Part shown: positions 60,701-64,000 of the stretch, one piece after another | Position numbering within the stretch: position 1 is the stretch's first letter | Layout of the letters: each line of letters starts with the position of its first letter | Assembly: GCA_040954595.2 (NCBI GenBank) | Contig: CM082581.2 | Coordinates: 12,783,921-12,847,920, forward strand | Reading direction: 5' to 3' | Length of the DNA: 64,000 bases | Source: Balanoglossus misakiensis | Taxonomy: Eukaryota > Animalia > Hemichordata | The notes under the pieces: model-generated | The model's database searches: none | Told to the model about the DNA's origin: nothing | Seen by the model: the letters and a program-made list of their open reading frames with translations, nothing else | Made by a program: the position numbers and the translations under genes

Positions 60701-63700
60701 TAATAGAGAGGCCAATTTACCTGACCGGGTGGCTTGTTTTACACCCGAACCGGCCAACAGGCCGCAACAAAAGAAATGGTCAAAGACAGCACACGTACAA
60801 CAAACCAGTCTATTTACCACAGTCGACAGGCAAACTCCGTACGGTCGGCTCCAAAAACTCCTCCAAGGCGACGGCACAGCTACCAGACCAGAATCAAATG
60901 AGCAACACGACAACGTGGCACTGGATGGTTTTATACGACAAAAAAACTAACACCTGGTCACGCTAATATGTTAAATAAAGAAATAAACATAGGTGCACCT
61001 GGCCACGAAAACAATAGAACAACTTCTCCTACGTAACACGATTTCCTTTCACTGTGTTCATCATTAAAAGAACCTGGCTCCAATCAGGAGCGAACGGCAC
61101 AGAAAATATCAACAGAACCCTCCCAATCCACTGACTCGAGTAAATATGTTATTTCGTGAAGTGTTTTGTCTTTCTAATTTTGCACCAACCATGCAAACCG
61201 AAAACTCCCCTGGTACAGATGGAATTTAAAAAGTTAAAAGCACTGACCCCTCTTCTACAGAGCTGTTGAGTGGAGATTAGTTGTTTGTTTCAAAATATTT
61301 GCACCCTATGTAGTTGTGGAATATAGGGTGATGTACTTTGGGGACATCGGGATCATTTATGCTGTAAACTTATAGTCTGGTTTGGTTGGGGGAAAAACAT
61401 CGATTATTTTTAGAAACAGCCGCCTTTTACACTGTTTATGACCATAAACGATGTTGACATCCGTGAGAAATAGACAGGAGTTGGACTCGCTGCAGCAGAG
61501 TGCGTTCAGGCACAGTGCCCCCGTCACTTCACATTATCTTCTGCAAATCACAGCATCGGAATCAGGGCGTTGGGTTTTATCAGTGTTAAACGTCGAAGGC
61601 GCGTGGAAGAAAAACGTTTGCATAATTTATGAAGAGCTGTCACCAGAAGGCGCCAATGCACCGAGACTGGAAACTCTACTCCTTTAATTTGATATGACAT
61701 TGTCGTGGGCAATGGTTACATGTAGGTGACCCTGTCACTCTCTGTGTCAACTGAACGAGAACTTCACACTAGAAGTTACGAGGGTGATTACAATTCCAGA
61801 TGTAAATAGTACCATTGGCAACGTAAACGCGTTAGTGGGAAATCGCCTTTCAAGTTGGCAGTGACCTTACACACAGAAAGTTTCTAATTTTGGAGTGACC
61901 TTACACGGAAAACCAAACGTTGTGTCACGTCTCTCCACTTTGGTGTCCCTGGTTCAAGATAAATAATGAGATATGAGGTTGCAAAGATTGATCCAGAATT
62001 GTTCTGAAGAGAGTACGCAAAGGAAAGCATATACATGTATATGTATACGCTCAAACTATCTCGACTTTCCCTCATTATCCTTAGAGCAGAATCATCACTG
62101 TAAATCTTCCAAACTGCCGTTGCAGATTATTCTGGTTATTGGTAAGAATTCCCGGTGCTCTAAAAACGGCTACAGTATTCTGAATGTATTAAGCAATAAA
62201 AAGTTTCACAGGAAGCTTTGGACCCGCATATGTTTTTCCAAACTAGCATGATATTGTTGAGGTCACGAACTAATATTCACTTTATACAGACCATTTTAAA
62301 TCTGTTTACATAGGGTGAAAGTCCAATGGGGTAGCATTGTCCACGGCAACAATATCGTCCATGCAATCGCTTATGTATTTTATCCCTTTGATTAAAATCG
62401 AGATTCCACTGGAAAATAATACATTTGGCATATTCCTATCACAATGGACCCACTTTTAATCGAAGTTCGATAATCACATTTCCTGTGAAGTGTGGACAGG
62501 ACAAAAGAGTCGGCGAGTTACACAGTTGTTGTAATGAAAGCTCTCTCGGGTACAAGTCGGAAATTAGAGTATGGAGTGAAATTTGGAAATATTGCGCGAC
62601 TCTTTTAAGCGCCAGAATTGTAAAACTCTCAGCACAGTACATGTAGCCTACACACTCGACATATTAAAAATTTTGTTTTGTTTTGGTCAAACAGTGGCAG
62701 AAGTACCTCCTTCTCCCCCAAGGACAACGAATACTAATCGTTTTGTACGCATTTTATCGGTATGCAAATATCCCATCTCGTGTTAAAAACAAACGTTCAG
62801 GAAATGTAACATCCAAGTTTAATTTAGAATATCACTTCTGCTGATATCGTAGACAATACGAACGAGTTATGAAATGACGCTTTAATGATAAAAGCTGATT
62901 AGTTTTGATTAAAAACTGCCTATCACTATTGGTCTATGCTTCCACATAAAGCTGAGTGCCTCCAATCTTACTGATGGATATCTGTTGACGGCCAACGACA
63001 AATTGAATCTAACTTGCGCATACAATACATTTCTATATGTATATGGAAATAGAGGAACCTATAAACGGTTATGCGTTTCATTTAAACTGGTCCTTAATTT
63101 AATTCTCCAATCAATCTGCACGGTCTTTTATAAAAGTATTGCTGTACGTAGGTTTACTGTACGGTCAGAGCGGATATACCTATGATATGTCAATTTGGAC
63201 TACAGAATATTGGACACTGTTCAGATGTATTACAACTGCATTTGAGACCAGCTGTAAGCTCACAGTCTATGCAAATTTATCCGCAACTACCAAGGAAACC
63301 TTCTATCACAGGTGTGATTCACTCACCGATTCGCACACAGCATCGCAAAGAGCGCGATCTTATGTTCACGTGCTTTTCAATTAAACGAGAGCGACTCAAA
63401 GCAAGATCCAATTATGCCACCTTGCCTCAGGTTGTGTCCACACCTTGTAAACAACTTTGTTTTCGTCCCGCTCCACTTTCTGTCTGTTTGATTTTTGTTC
63501 TCTACAGAACACGTAACAAAACCAGACAGTCTTTTTTACGCTTTTCAAAACTAGTCAAGTTACTTGCCTTTTCATCCAACTGAATGGTAACGATGTTTTT
63601 GTTTTCTGTGGCTCACAGGATTCTGTTGGTGAGAGAGTGGAACAGCATCGCTGATTGGTAGGCTGGTGCTGGAAAGACACAGAGGAATTCAATTCTACGT

Positions 63701-63838
63701 GCGCAGAAGCCCAGGGTATGGAGGCGGAGTGCTAGGGCTGTGCATTCCAACGCCGTAGCAGTGTAACTTCGACAGTCTAATCACCAACGCAGAGAACGTG
63801 GGCAGTTTCAACACTCAGCTGGATTCACGGTTATCACC

Positions 63839-64000
63839 ATGGCGAGCAACAACAGCAGCAGCGCGACCACCGCCGCTCCCGATCCGTATGCCGGGGTCTG
63901 GGGCGGACGCTCCGAGGCAGAGATTGCCATCCTCGGTGTTGTACTCTTCGCCATCAGCCTGTGGACCGTCTTCGGAAACATCTTGGTCATCCTGTCCCCG
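63839..64000 (+). CDS. Class A (rhodopsin-like) GPCR, probably aminergic-like; N-terminus and TM1 only, truncated by the window edge
   Basis: Good Kozak context (ACCATGG). MASNNSSSATTAAPDPYAGVWGGRSEAEIAILGVVLFAISLWTVFGNILVILSP shows N-glycosylation sequons, a hydrophobic TM1 and the GNxLV motif. Probable 5'UTR splice acceptor at 63618/63619. Not listed in the ORF track. Confidence 0.85.
   Translation, partial: MASNNSSSATTAAPDPYAGVWGGRSEAEIAILGVVLFAISLWTVFGNILVILSP

Noticed and set aside
51000-63600. Many 60-140 aa ORFs, including the GC-richer cluster at 60497-60966
   Set aside because: No recognisable motifs and no consistent exon chain. Treated as noncoding or repeat remnants, though a small unrecognised gene cannot be excluded.

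Overview
Eukaryotic (metazoan) genomic DNA with GT-AG introns. Its intron style and patchy CpG depletion resemble a marine invertebrate; the taxon is an inference only. In order, the window holds: (1) about 7.2 kb of a very homogeneous 87-bp satellite ending in an inverted partial unit and a short unique tail; (2) a 7-exon NMNAT gene on the minus strand (290 aa), with a candidate NLS/Cys cassette exon and a readthrough-type stop context; (3) head-to-head with it, a 6-exon NOA1 mitochondrial GTPase gene (956 aa) with a long N-terminal region carrying a repeated motif; (4) a convergent 7-exon TspanC8 tetraspanin; (5) a SIMC1-like gene (about 1504 aa) whose N-terminus unexpectedly combines two SIMs with three UIM-like helices, two of them from a duplicated exon; (6) about 13 kb of CpG-richer noncoding DNA leading into the start of a class A GPCR. 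Two Harbinger-type MITEs and two tiny palindromic insertions are also present. All gene models were spliced by hand, family assignments rest on recalled motifs, and no database search was run.
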